Source: an uncultured virus (IMG/VR IMGVR_UViG_3300038465_000034)
Lineage: Duplodnaviria; Heunggongvirae; Uroviricota; Caudoviricetes
Virus record (IMG/VR): IMGVR_UViG_3300038465_000034
Reading direction: 5' to 3' (one strand)
Length of the DNA stretch: 64,000 bases
A program made the translations under genes and the position numbers. The notes below the pieces were generated by a model. That model saw nothing but the letters and a program-made list of their open reading frames with translations. It did no database searches and was not told where the DNA came from. Positions 1-10,211 of the stretch are shown one piece after another (position 1 is the first letter of the stretch; each line of letters starts with the position of its first letter).

Positions 1-2
1 CC

Positions 3-2210
3 TCTACACCGAAGTACGTGATTCGTATTCCGGGCTCTACCGACGCTGCGTGGAATGTGACTGGTTACGGACAACAGCGTGGTGCGGGCCAGCCAAACCA
101 AGCGAACCTCGCACGGTACATGGAAGCTCTCTTGAAGAGCATGGAACCGGGCGGGCACAACGAGCATTTGGTGGGTCATTTCGACCCATCCGAAGCTGCG
201 GTTTATCGCAACGACGGCACCTACAAGAACCCGTTGGCTACATGGTCGAAGGGTGAAGCGAAGCAGGGTGCGGATGTCTCGGGCGATTTCTCGGAAGCGC
301 ATTCCGAGGTTGACAGCCCAGACACCGTGGATCAGGACATCAAGCAGCCGACCGAATCGGTAGGCGAAGCTGGTAAGAGAAAGAACGCTGATGTGGCGGA
401 AGAAACCAAGGAAGAGCGGGCGAAACGTCTGGAAGATCAGCGTCAGCGCGATGCTCGTGAACTGACACGTCGCAAGGCGGCTGACATCTCGGGGGACATC
501 TCTGAGGCTGAGTCGAACACGGAAAGCCCTGACGGGGTGGACGCCGACATTAAGCAGCCTACGGTTTCGGTTCCCGAAGCGGCACGCAAGAACGCTAAGG
601 TGGGATTCACGTTCAACGGACAGCATCGTGAAGCTTCCTTTAGCGATCTCACACAGGCGGGGAAGTTCATAGCGGTAGCATCGGCCAAGTTTGGAAAGTT
701 GGCTGGTGACTGGACAATAAATGCAGCCGATGACGACGATGCGGCAGAGGATCAGTCCGCTGATCCGAAGAAGCCCGCTAAAGCTGAACCAGCCGACGCA
801 GAACCCGCTGAAGCTGAAGACAAACCAGCAGATGACGCGGCACCCGATGCTGAAGCTGAGGACAAGCCAACCGAACAGACTGATGAAACAAAGGGCAAGA
901 ACAAGCCCGCTGAGACACCTGCGGCGGATGCGAAAGCTCCAGCAGCGGCTCCCGCTGCGCCTGCGGCAGCACCAGCAGTTCCAGCAGCACCAGCCCCAGC
1001 AGCCGTAGCAGCCCCAGCGGGTGCGGGTGGAAACGGAACTTCGGAAACTTCTGGCAACGAAACATCGACCGAAACTGGCGGCTCAAGTCCGGGTGGTGCA
1101 TCAACTGGCGGCGTAGGTAGCGGCATGGGTGGTGCGGGTACTGGCGGGGCTGGCACAGGCGGGGCCGCTACTAGCACGGGCACAGGCGGTGCAGGCACAG
1201 GCGGAACCGTGAGCATCGCACCAACAAGCACGAACTCGGCGGGCGGTGATGAGGGCGGCGAAGGTGGTGAAGGTCAGGGCGGCGGGGCGAAAGACAAAAC
1301 CCCAACCATCATCATTTACAACGGCGGCACGGGCGGTGCATCTACCGTCGATACTGACAGCGGTTCTGGACCGGGCGGCGATGGGCCGGGTTCTGACGGA
1401 ACTGGCGGCACGGGCGAAGGCTCGGGTGGTGGTGGAGGCGGCGGCGGTGGACGTGGAACTCCACGCAACCCCGAACAGGCAGCGGATGCCGTATCTCCGG
1501 GCGTTGATAGCGATAATAGGCAGCAAGGTGATTTGGCTAAGCCACAGGGCAACCAATCAAAGGGTAAGCCTTTGGCAACGAAGCCTGAATCACAAGACGA
1601 TCAGTTAAAAGGCAATGATGAGCCTTCGGCAGAGAAACCAGAACTTCGTGGTGACGCACCTGTGAAGCCACAGAAGCCTGAGCCTCCGCACGAGGACGAG
1701 GCCGACACGAAAGAAGCTGCCGCAGGAATGCCAGCCGAAGTCGGGGAATTCCCGTATGTCGAAACGCTGGTAGGTATGGGCTGGAGCGACGAGGGCGATC
1801 CGGGGCACTTCATGCTCAATGATAGTCGCGTCGAAGTCCTGACGTACACCGATGGCTACGAAGTATACGTAGACGGCGAACTGTACGAGTCGGGCGATAA
1901 CGTGGATGAACTTCAGAACACGCTGGAACTCGTTGCCGAACTTGGCACCGATGCATTAAATGCACATCAGGCAGCCGACCCCAGCGGGTATGCTCCGATG
2001 GATGCCGAATCTGCTCCCGAGAGTGATAAGGGCGGCGGTGGGGGCGGTCTTGCGGGACTAGCGGACATGGCCGAAGAGGTAGCACCCCTGTTAGCCTCTG
2101 AAAAAGAGGCATGTGCGGGCTACGGTGATGAAGAAGACGAAGAACGTCCATTCGATCTCGGTATCGGTGATCTGGCGGACATAGTTGTGGAGACGGAAGA
2201 TGCCAATTAG
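3..2210 (+). CDS. Large acidic, Gly/Ala/Pro-rich low-complexity protein, 5'-truncated; possible head-internal or scaffold-like protein
   Basis: The frame is open to the window edge. It has a duplicated 31-aa unit (ADVSGDFSEAHSEVDSPDTVDQDIKQPTESV / ADISGDISEAESNTESPDGVDADIKQPTVSV) and several K-x-A motifs, and lies upstream of terL. Function is inferred. Confidence 0.6.
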   Translation, partial: STPKYVIRIPGSTDAAWNVTGYGQQRGAGQPNQANLARYMEALLKSMEPGGHNEHLVGHFDPSEAAVYRNDGTYKNPLATWSKGEAKQGADVSGDFSEAHSEVDSPDTVDQDIKQPTESVGEAGKRKNADVAEETKEERAKRLEDQRQRDARELTRRKAADISGDISEAESNTESPDGVDADIKQPTVSVPEAARKNAKVGFTFNGQHREASFSDLTQAGKFIAVASAKFGKLAGDWTINAADDDDAAEDQSADPKKPAKAEPADAEPAEAEDKPADDAAPDAEAEDKPTEQTDETKGKNKPAETPAADAKAPAAAPAAPAAAPAVPAAPAPAAVAAPAGAGGNGTSETSGNETSTETGGSSPGGASTGGVGSGMGGAGTGGAGTGGAATSTGTGGAGTGGTVSIAPTSTNSAGGDEGGEGGEGQGGGAKDKTPTIIIYNGGTGGASTVDTDSGSGPGGDGPGSDGTGGTGEGSGGGGGGGGGRGTPRNPEQAADAVSPGVDSDNRQQGDLAKPQGNQSKGKPLATKPESQDDQLKGNDEPSAEKPELRGDAPVKPQKPEPPHEDEADTKEAAAGMPAEVGEFPYVETLVGMGWSDEGDPGHFMLNDSRVEVLTYTDGYEVYVDGELYESGDNVDELQNTLELVAELGTDALNAHQAADPSGYAPMDAESAPESDKGGGGGGLAGLADMAEEVAPLLASEKEACAGYGDEEDEERPFDLGIGDLADIVVETEDAN

Positions 2211-5200
2211 CATTGAGAGGTTGCAGGCTGCCGCCCGCAGGGTTGGGGCGGACTTGATGCACAGTGACGACGATCTGTCTCAGAAGCTCGAACCAGCAAC
2301 CCCCGAAGCTACGGCGGAAGCTGGGCCGAGTCATGATGAGTTGGTTGACAATTCCCACGACGAAAGTGGAGTCGGCGTACTCGACGGTGAGATTCGTTCG
2401 CCTGAACGTCAGAACGTTTCTGCTGTCCGAGATGCCATCGAAGCCCAAGCCGAGATGGAAATCGGTAAAACCATCGAAGATAAAGAAGACGAGATGGCGG
2501 CTCGGGGCGACGGTCCTTACGGAGACAAAGAAGTCAAGGATACCGCCGCACAAGAAGTCACCGCTAAGCCCGGGACTCAGATCATCATCAACATCGCGGG
2601 CAAGAAAGAGCAGCCCATCGGCGGTGAGAAGCAGCATCCGAGAGAGAACACCTCATCCAACGGTATGTTTGGAGGCACGAGTTTGTCAGCAACCCCGAAT
2701 ATGGAAAAGCACGCAGAGCGCCCGCAAGAAGGCTACGCAGGGTACAAGAGCATGTTTGAGGGCGCAGCCCCTAGCCCCGACACGGTTGCTCGGGTTCGCG
2801 GTCAGTACACCTCGGGCATGGGCCGTCAGTCCTGCATGGATCACTTCAAGATTACCGAACAGCAGCTTGGCGACATCTTGAGCGGAAAGTACGGCAGGGG
2901 GAAGATCGCCACGTACCACGAGATCAAAGCGGCATTCCTTTCCAAGAAAGCCGCTTACCTGACGCTTGATGATGTCAAGAAAGCGGGACAGGAATACTTG
3001 CACATGGTTCGCACGGCTGCAATCACCGTGTCACAAGGTCAGGATGAAAAAGGACCCAACACGCTCCTTAACATGAACGGTCGTGAGTATGTCCTCCGTG
3101 GTCAGGACGGCGAGGCTTTTCGCAAGGAATATGACGCGATTCCAAAGCCCGAAGCGGCGGTCAACAAGCTCGTTGAAAAGTACCTGTGGAAGATGCAGCC
3201 GTACAAGAAGCAGACCATCCAGCATCCGCCGTCCGAGGCGAAGCAAGACCCCAACAGTCTCGCTCTTCGCCGTCAGCGGGCGGAAGGGTTGGCCGATGCC
3301 GATGCCTATTGGGAAGGTAAGGAAAAGAATCCGAACGCCTATAAACAGTATATGACGCAGCACGCCTCCGCGAAGATCGCCGCTACGTCATACGCGGAGT
3401 ATCAGAAGTTGGTACAGGAGCGCAACCAGATCATCTCTCAGAACCGTAGCCGTCAGATGAAGGGCGAAGCTCGGCTGCCAGTTCCGCCGAAGCCCGAACC
3501 GCCGATGGTTCCCGTGGCGTATGGTGCGGATGGGACGTATGAGGGTCGGTTGCAAGACCCAGCGGATTGCCCTGAAGGTTGTACCGTAAAGTGGGAGCCC
3601 TCCAAGGGAGCCAGCATGATGAGCTTGGCTAAGATTGCAGGCGACTATTTTGGCTACGATGACTGGATCACGGGTCACACCGCCCTGATGATTAACAACG
3701 ACTCGGCGGGGCTCACGACGTTACACAATCTGGTTCGTAATGCTCTGAAAAAGAAGATGACTCCGAAAGAGTTGGCTGGTCAATTCGCTCGGCTCTTCAA
3801 AAAGTTCGGTGAGCAGAGCAAGAAGTTCTACGCGGAGAATGCCGAGGAAGCTCGTGGCGCTCGTGGGAAGCACGAACGCGAACAACTCGAAGGTGTGGTG
3901 AAAGCACCGAGCGGTGACAAGGCTCGCGATTTCGTCGATAGCCTCACGAACATGTGGTACGATGCGGGTGGGCAGAGCGACTGGGAACAGCCCTCAAATG
4001 AGGTTAACTGGGAAGAGATCGCTTCTGCGGAGATGGAAGCTGAGCGTGCGGAGAATCCAGACAAGTACCCGCAGACGAACAAAGAAGACGACAAATTCAT
4101 GCAGGGTGTGGGGATGAAAATGGAATCACTCAGGGCAGCAACGGCAGTATTAGCAAGGGTCGCCGCTATGGGCGTGGCCGACAAGCACCAGCTTCAGGTC
4201 GCCATCAAATCGCTCAAGATGCCTCCGGCGATGCTGGGCGTCATGGGTGGGCCGAGCAAAGAACAAGCTTTGGAAATCTTAGCTAAGCACGGATTACGCT
4301 GGGATGACGAGGACTATATGGCAGGGGGTAAGGGCGTGAAGAAAGCTGCGGCAGAACCATACACATATCATCAGGTTAGCCCTACTCGCTGGCAGGTCAA
4401 TCAGGGCAAGCAATTCATCGGAATCCGCGATTCCGAACAAGGAGCAATTGATTCCGTGGACAAATACAACAAAGAAGAAGCGGCAGGACTCCCCCCAGTT
4501 CATGCGGGCGAGGGTGCGGCGAAGACTCCCGAAGAGATCGAAAAGGAAGCTGGCTTCAATTTTTTCTTCCCGGGTCAAGTGCTTCGTGAAGTCGCCCCCG
4601 AGCTTCAGCACGAACTCGTGGACTACCCAAACCAGACCAACACCCCGATGCAGTACCCCGACATCGTTGGCGACAAGGACGAGGTTCCAGAAGAGATGGC
4701 TCTTGCAGCCGCTCTCGAAGGTGCCCTTGACACCACCATCATCGCCTACGTCAGCACTAGCCCTGCCGCTGCCGCTGGCATCGGTCGTGACGGCAAGCCC
4801 GAAGTGCTCGAAGGTGCTCCGCTCCGCAAGGAGAACGACATCCGTGGTATGATGTTTACTGACGAGTTCTACGGTCAGCAGAGCGGCGTGCCGGGTAAGG
4901 CATTCGCGAGTGCCAAGGCCGCAGGATTCGCACGTCCGGGTTCGGCGTTCGCCTATCTGAAGAGCCTAAAGCTGGGCAAGACGGCAGGTGCCGACGAAGC
5001 CAAGCAGTTCTCAATCTTCCTCAAGTACGTCTGTGGGGAAATTGCGGCTACCCTCGTGGGGATTTTTCGAGTAACTTCACGGCCTATGCTCAATCAAGTC
5101 CCGGGTAAAGGTGAAATTCAACTAGCTCAAGTAGAACAACCACAAGGGTTGTCGAGCTTTAACATTTACAATACAGGCTCTCGCGTGAAATACTTGATGG

Positions 5201-5376
5201 AGAAACTTACGGATAGTGAGATCAAAGACGCGATAAACGGTAGTTCCGCTCAAGGCGCTGTGTGGCATGATGGCGAAGAAGGTGGTTATGTCTATGAGGT
5301 CTTCGTGAGGATTGACGACATTGACACAGAAAGCCTCATTGCAACCTACAGTTTCATAACCGGGACCAAAGAGTGA
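2200..5376 (+). CDS. Large modular protein with recurrent K-x-A-[A/G/T] linkers; putative virion protein
   Basis: ~1058-aa ORF. ATG 2200 overlaps the end of the previous gene. Linkers KIAT, KKAA, RTAA, KIAA, KIAG, KKAAA, KEAG, KAAG and KTAG separate segments. Confidence 0.65.
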   Translation: MPISIERLQAAARRVGADLMHSDDDLSQKLEPATPEATAEAGPSHDELVDNSHDESGVGVLDGEIRSPERQNVSAVRDAIEAQAEMEIGKTIEDKEDEMAARGDGPYGDKEVKDTAAQEVTAKPGTQIIINIAGKKEQPIGGEKQHPRENTSSNGMFGGTSLSATPNMEKHAERPQEGYAGYKSMFEGAAPSPDTVARVRGQYTSGMGRQSCMDHFKITEQQLGDILSGKYGRGKIATYHEIKAAFLSKKAAYLTLDDVKKAGQEYLHMVRTAAITVSQGQDEKGPNTLLNMNGREYVLRGQDGEAFRKEYDAIPKPEAAVNKLVEKYLWKMQPYKKQTIQHPPSEAKQDPNSLALRRQRAEGLADADAYWEGKEKNPNAYKQYMTQHASAKIAATSYAEYQKLVQERNQIISQNRSRQMKGEARLPVPPKPEPPMVPVAYGADGTYEGRLQDPADCPEGCTVKWEPSKGASMMSLAKIAGDYFGYDDWITGHTALMINNDSAGLTTLHNLVRNALKKKMTPKELAGQFARLFKKFGEQSKKFYAENAEEARGARGKHEREQLEGVVKAPSGDKARDFVDSLTNMWYDAGGQSDWEQPSNEVNWEEIASAEMEAERAENPDKYPQTNKEDDKFMQGVGMKMESLRAATAVLARVAAMGVADKHQLQVAIKSLKMPPAMLGVMGGPSKEQALEILAKHGLRWDDEDYMAGGKGVKKAAAEPYTYHQVSPTRWQVNQGKQFIGIRDSEQGAIDSVDKYNKEEAAGLPPVHAGEGAAKTPEEIEKEAGFNFFFPGQVLREVAPELQHELVDYPNQTNTPMQYPDIVGDKDEVPEEMALAAALEGALDTTIIAYVSTSPAAAAGIGRDGKPEVLEGAPLRKENDIRGMMFTDEFYGQQSGVPGKAFASAKAAGFARPGSAFAYLKSLKLGKTAGADEAKQFSIFLKYVCGEIAATLVGIFRVTSRPMLNQVPGKGEIQLAQVEQPQGLSSFNIYNTGSRVKYLMEKLTDSEIKDAINGSSAQGAVWHDGEEGGYVYEVFVRIDDIDTESLIATYSFITGTKE

Positions 5377-5415
5377 CACTAGACTTCAGTATTCATATAC
5401 ATGAGGGAAGCTTAA

Positions 5416-5622
5416 ATGAAGATTGGGGTCAAGACCTCCAATAAGGCTCGTGTCGTTGCCATGGAAGACTGGAAAGGCAACATCGACCTTATCGAAGCCG
5501 ATCAAGATGAATGGGATGATTGGCTTGAAACCCCCGCAGCACAAGCAAGTGGTGGACAGGGCCGAGTAAGGTTCGTTCGGGCTGACCTAAGAAATCCAGT
5601 ATTATACCGAAGAGGGCGATAA
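5416..5622 (+). CDS. Hypothetical protein
   Basis: 68-aa ORF with GAGGGA upstream, tightly packed. Confidence 0.55.
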   Translation: MKIGVKTSNKARVVAMEDWKGNIDLIEADQDEWDDWLETPAAQASGGQGRVRFVRADLRNPVLYRRGR

Positions 5623-6068
5623 TGGATGAAATTTTCATTTGGCGATGTATCAACTGTGAGATGCGGGTGCAGACTTTCTGTGATTTCCACATCAACGAAC
5701 GGCCAATTTGCGTAGAGTGTAACGCTGAAATGGAACCTCAGCCGCCGCTACGCAGCCGCCCCCAGTTTTTCCTCCCTAATCCTTCCAACTACGTAATTCC
5801 TTTATATAGAGCATTATGGCCGATAAAAAAGTCAAAAATACAGCTTGGACAAAAATTACAGATGGCTTTTTGTCTGGTGCAACAAAGAAAATCAATGCCA
5901 TCGATTTCATCGAAGGTCCGGGCGGGACTGGCATTGTGTTGCGCCCCGTTCAGCGAGTTCTCGTCAAGGCACTCTTCGCCGTTCCCTTTGACTACCGCCC
6001 CAAATGGGCAGACGCCATCGACAATTGGGGAATGGTGGAGATGTGGAACCCTTTCCGTGATGAACTGA
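5622..6068 (+). CDS. Possible small zinc-ribbon protein (3' part overlaps terL out of frame)
   Basis: N-terminal CINC...CVEC and a TAATG overlap with the previous stop. The long overlap with terL lowers confidence. Confidence 0.35.
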   Translation: MDEIFIWRCINCEMRVQTFCDFHINERPICVECNAEMEPQPPLRSRPQFFLPNPSNYVIPLYRALWPIKKSKIQLGQKLQMAFCLVQQRKSMPSISSKVRAGLALCCAPFSEFSSRHSSPFPLTTAPNGQTPSTIGEWWRCGTLSVMN

Positions 6069-7942
6069 TCCGCACAGTCACGGAAGAAGAGTATCTTCGC
6101 ATCGTTCATGACGAAGGTCGCTGCAACGTCGGAGACTGGCGAGATATACCCGAGAGGGGCTTCAACGAAGCCGTTGTCTTCTGCGGTCGCCGTGGTGGTA
6201 AGTCGGAAGTTGTTGCGGCCATTGCCGCTTATAAGCTTTACCTCACCCTGTGCATCAACTCACCGCAGAAATTCTTCGGTTTGGCTGAGGGTTCAAAAAT
6301 TGACTTCACCTTTCTTGCACAGGACGAGACGGGTGCAGGTCGATTGTTCCAAAAGCTTCAGGCTGCCGTCACCCGTGCAACGTGGTTCCACACCTACATC
6401 AAGGACAGCAACGCCAAGAATCTGACGTTCACTTGCGAGGCTGATCGTCATCACAAGGTTGAGGCTAAACCGTCGATCCAAGTCGTATCATTGCCCTGCA
6501 CCACGAACGCCGTTCGTGGTCCGTCGTCTCTCTTCCTCGCCCTCGACGAGTTCGCTCACTTCCGTTCCGAAGTAGGTTCCACGTCGGAGGACATGTACGT
6601 CGCCGCAACGCCTGCCGCTGGCGATTTCCATCACGATGAATCCGCTCCCGTTCTCTATGAGGCTGACTTTCACCAGACGGGGGATTTCCGCCACGCGGAG
6701 CCAGTCGGTACGGAAGGTAAAATTGAGTTTCAGGATTCATTGATTCTGAGCATCTCGTCGCCATTAAAGAAAGTCGGTATGATGTACGACCTCTACCGCA
6801 TGGCGATGGAGGATGGTATCAACGAGGACAACCCCACATTCGCCCTCAGTTGCTCATCGGCGGAAATGAACCCCAAACTCAAAGCGGGGTTCTTGCGTGA
6901 CAAAGCCCGTAAAAATCCTCTCACGTTTAAGGCTGAGTACGGCGGACAGTTCTTGGAATCTACGGAATCGTTTGTTCGTTCCATCGACATTATAACTTGT
7001 ACGGATGTTCTGGTGAATGGTAAGCCCGAAGGTGCGTGGGACAACATGGGCGAGCCCATTAAGGGTGCGAGTGTTCGTCAAAATACCACGCGGTTCACGG
7101 GAGATCAAGTGGGTTACAACTACTTCTGGGGCCTTGATCTTGGCGGCGTGAACGTAACCGATCCTGACAACACTCGACCCGATGGTTGCGCGTTGGCGAT
7201 TGGGCATCTTGAGGTTCGCCCGTCACAGAATCCAACACCCGGATTGACTCACGGCTTCCATCTAGTGTTCGATTATATCGACCGCATGATCGCTGGAGAG
7301 CAGTTCGATGGTCCGGGCGTCGATATTCATACGCCCGATGGCGTCAAGTACACGGATTTCCAACTCCTGCCCGTGAAGGACATTCTGCTTTGGCTGAAGG
7401 AGATGAATAAAATTCTTCCCTGCTTCAAGGGATCAACCGATCAACACGCAGGCCGCCAACTTGTCACTTTGCTGGAGCAGAATGAAATCAACAACATGGA
7501 ACTGGTGAATCTCACTCCCGCTATCAACTCGGAGATGGCTTACGCTTTGCGGTCATTCATCAATGACCATACGGCCAACTTCCCGTACGTGCCAAAGTTT
7601 ATCCACGAAATCAAGATGGTGGAAACCGACGTGGTTGCCAAGTATCGCATTCGCGTGCACGCCCCGCTGGAAAAAGGAGCCCACGACGACATGGTGGATG
7701 CGGTCATGCTCGTTGCTTTGCAAGTTCAAAAATGGTTGGTTGAGGAGGGGCATCTGAAGATGGACCCCACAGGGCAGAGCCTTATCATGCAGCGGCAGCA
7801 GGCACTTCCACATAAGCCGATCCTCAATATTGACGCTATGAGTATGAGCGATTTGAAGGCAGCGGAGCGCACGTACCAAATGAGCAAGTTCAAATTTGGC
7901 GGCGGGAGCCACAGGATAGCCCGAGGTCGTGGACGCAGGTAA
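5816..7942 (+). CDS. terL: Terminase large subunit
   Basis: Walker A GRRGGKS, Walker B LALDEFAHF, ISSP coupling motif, FKAEYGGQF, and RNase H-like nuclease motifs GLDLG and HDDMVDA. Confidence 0.9.
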   Translation: MADKKVKNTAWTKITDGFLSGATKKINAIDFIEGPGGTGIVLRPVQRVLVKALFAVPFDYRPKWADAIDNWGMVEMWNPFRDELIRTVTEEEYLRIVHDEGRCNVGDWRDIPERGFNEAVVFCGRRGGKSEVVAAIAAYKLYLTLCINSPQKFFGLAEGSKIDFTFLAQDETGAGRLFQKLQAAVTRATWFHTYIKDSNAKNLTFTCEADRHHKVEAKPSIQVVSLPCTTNAVRGPSSLFLALDEFAHFRSEVGSTSEDMYVAATPAAGDFHHDESAPVLYEADFHQTGDFRHAEPVGTEGKIEFQDSLILSISSPLKKVGMMYDLYRMAMEDGINEDNPTFALSCSSAEMNPKLKAGFLRDKARKNPLTFKAEYGGQFLESTESFVRSIDIITCTDVLVNGKPEGAWDNMGEPIKGASVRQNTTRFTGDQVGYNYFWGLDLGGVNVTDPDNTRPDGCALAIGHLEVRPSQNPTPGLTHGFHLVFDYIDRMIAGEQFDGPGVDIHTPDGVKYTDFQLLPVKDILLWLKEMNKILPCFKGSTDQHAGRQLVTLLEQNEINNMELVNLTPAINSEMAYALRSFINDHTANFPYVPKFIHEIKMVETDVVAKYRIRVHAPLEKGAHDDMVDAVMLVALQVQKWLVEEGHLKMDPTGQSLIMQRQQALPHKPILNIDAMSMSDLKAAERTYQMSKFKFGGGSHRIARGRGRR

Positions 7943-7988
7943 ACGGACTTTAGAATTCTTTAATATAGCGTAAAAAATAGGCACAAAT

Positions 7989-8525
7989 ATGAAGAAAACA
8001 CTGATGTACCCACCAGTTGTCGATCCCACGGAGAACGTGAAACTCACAGTCGCCGCCGCTACTCTACGACAGGACGATTTGCGTGAGGCAGAAGTCCGTC
8101 GCCAAGACGACCTGCGCGAGGCAGAACGTGTCCGCGTAGATCAGCAAATGACGCTTCGGGCCGATTACGACGCCAAGCTTGCAGTCGCCGAAGCCAAGCG
8201 TATTGACGCTATCCGTGCGGTTGACGTTGCCGCCGTCGCAGTTGCTAACGAACGCGCTACGGCTCAAGCCGCTGTGCTCGCCGCCCAAGTATCGCAGTCC
8301 GCCGAAACGCTCCGTACCCTCGTTGCCGCAACCGCTCAGACCGTTGCTCAACAGTTGCAGACAGTCAGCACAGGTATCGGTGATCGTCTGTCAGCCCTTG
8401 AGAAATCCTCTTACGAGGGCAAGGGAAGTGGTACTGGAATGCGGGATATGTGGGGCTGGATTTTTGGCGGGTTCATGACCTTTGTTGTAGCCGCCGCCGC
8501 CGCATATGCGGCACTGCACAAATAA
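7989..8525 (+). CDS. Coiled-coil protein with a C-terminal transmembrane helix
   Basis: Repeated RQDDLREAE, an Ala-rich helix and a hydrophobic C-terminus WGWIFGGFMTFVVAAAAAYAAL. Confidence 0.7.
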   Translation: MKKTLMYPPVVDPTENVKLTVAAATLRQDDLREAEVRRQDDLREAERVRVDQQMTLRADYDAKLAVAEAKRIDAIRAVDVAAVAVANERATAQAAVLAAQVSQSAETLRTLVAATAQTVAQQLQTVSTGIGDRLSALEKSSYEGKGSGTGMRDMWGWIFGGFMTFVVAAAAAYAALHK

Positions 8526-8596
8526 AACCCTGCACCCTAATTGAGCCGAATGGCATCCAAAAGAAAGTCGGAGTAACTTTTGTACCCTTTTTCCAC

Positions 8597-8625
8597 TTGA
8601 TAAAACCCAAACCTTGGTGTATAAA
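8597..8625 (+). promoter_or_regulatory. Sigma70-type promoter of the sigma-like gene
   Basis: TTGATA (8597-8602), 17-nt spacer, TATAAA (8620-8625). Confidence 0.55.
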
Positions 8626-8723
8626 CTAGATATACCCCGTTAACTTAAGGGTAACGTGCCTACAGTGGAAGGCACTCGCTGATTCCTGCTGGATTCAGTA
8701 TTTTAGACTGTGCTGGAGACCTG

Positions 8724-9776
8724 ATGGTTCCGTTAGAAACCACTGCATTCGCATTTTCTTCTCTCAAGTTCGGCAATCTCTTGGCTGTAGCTCTCTTTCA
8801 AGGCCCTAAACGTATCGATCAACTGTTCGCGCTCGCGGCAGAGCGTCTGCCGCACGAATGCGACGACAAATGGCAATACGAGCTTATCAAAACTCTTATC
8901 GCTATCGGTGAAGAAATCAACGGTGTGTGGCATGTTCGCCGTACGATGCCGATGGACATAATTCCAATCACCACACCCCTACCCAAGCCCGACAGTCAGT
9001 ACGACGTGATCCAGTTTGACCCTCGCACTGGACACCATATTGGCGATGACGGCTTTCGTGTTCCCAATGACTTCCTCGAATTCTATGAGCGTTACCCCAA
9101 CTACATCCGCAATTGGGTGAAGAAACGCCTCGCCCGCTTCACCGTTGACGAAGACGTGGAAGATTGGACTCAGGACCTCATCATTCACATGAAATACCTG
9201 CCGCAAACCAGCAAGCACCGCAAGCCGGGCGCTAATGAGCGCGTAAATGGTTGCACGGACGTGATTGAGACGTTCAACCCCATCCAGCAATACGGGGCGT
9301 CTGAACGCCGCTTCCGAAGCTACGTCAACTTCTGCCTTGCGAATAAGTTCAACACCGTGTATTCGAAGCGTAACAAAAATCCCATCTGTCGGCAGGGCAA
9401 TGTCACCATCGTGACGAATGTCGATCCTAGCCACGAGAATGGCGAGTACAACGTGGTGGACGATGCTTACTGTCACGTGCATTCGGACTACCTGAGCACC
9501 GCCACGGCTCGGACGGCGCAGCAATACGAGAACTACCTGCTCGCCAGCGAATTTCGCCGTTACGTTGCGGCGAGGGAGCCCGAGTTGGCCCCCGTGGTGG
9601 ATGCGATTCAGCACTCATCGTCCCAGCATGAAGCCGCTCGATCTCTAAGCATCAGTGAGACGGTTTTTGCTCGCCATCGGGCGCGACTGAAAGAGTTGGC
9701 CGTGAGCTTCCAGAATAACGATGTGGGTGAGAGCAAACGTAAGCGGGGGCGACGAAAAACGGCACAGGTGGTATAA
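8724..9776 (+). CDS. Phage sigma70/ECF-like transcription factor
   Basis: Region-2-like YIRNWVKKRL..DVEDWTQDLIIHM..FRSYVNFCLANKFNT and a C-terminal region-4 HTH SQHEAARSLSISETVFARHRARLKEL. Confidence 0.65.
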   Translation: MVPLETTAFAFSSLKFGNLLAVALFQGPKRIDQLFALAAERLPHECDDKWQYELIKTLIAIGEEINGVWHVRRTMPMDIIPITTPLPKPDSQYDVIQFDPRTGHHIGDDGFRVPNDFLEFYERYPNYIRNWVKKRLARFTVDEDVEDWTQDLIIHMKYLPQTSKHRKPGANERVNGCTDVIETFNPIQQYGASERRFRSYVNFCLANKFNTVYSKRNKNPICRQGNVTIVTNVDPSHENGEYNVVDDAYCHVHSDYLSTATARTAQQYENYLLASEFRRYVAAREPELAPVVDAIQHSSSQHEAARSLSISETVFARHRARLKELAVSFQNNDVGESKRKRGRRKTAQVV

Positions 9777-9851
9777 CCCCCGCGTCCTTGTTCCAGTCGG
9801 CGTGCACCCCGATAATGACTTCCGCCGCGAGCAGACCCAGCCTGAGGTTCT

Positions 9852-10184
9852 ATGGGAACAGATCGAACTCGCCCTCGCTGCCTGCTGACTCCCTACCCGT
9901 GGTACATACCCTTTGGCACCCGCTTGCACCGGGCTCTGACCTACAACCCTGCCCACCAATCTGAAGCCTACACGGGCAATCCCAAGAAAAAGAAGCTTCC
10001 TTGGCCCCGATGGAGGAAAGAAGTCGCTCGCATCTTTATCATTCTAGACGTGTTCCTGAGCCACCCCGAATATTGGCTCGTAAGCCATTACGATCTCACT
10101 TACCGCCAGTGCGCTCGCCTGAGACACCGTTTTTACTGGCAAACCCGCCTCTACCTCTGGGCTGCTGGTTTCACACAAAATTAA
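9852..10184 (+). CDS. Hypothetical protein
   Basis: 110-aa ORF that fills the gap, with GAGG upstream. Confidence 0.35.
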   Translation: MGTDRTRPRCLLTPYPWYIPFGTRLHRALTYNPAHQSEAYTGNPKKKKLPWPRWRKEVARIFIILDVFLSHPEYWLVSHYDLTYRQCARLRHRFYWQTRLYLWAAGFTQN

Positions 10185-10211
10185 CATGGTTTTTGCTGCC
10201 CTTTAGTAGAG

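Noticed and set aside
900..1460. GC-rich short repeats as a DNA-level repeat element
   Set aside because: They are explained by in-frame Ala/Pro and Gly/Thr low-complexity coding.
6620..6740. Possible intein or intron in terL
   Set aside because: This is only a short insertion after Walker B, with no Cys...His-Asn intein ends and no frame break.
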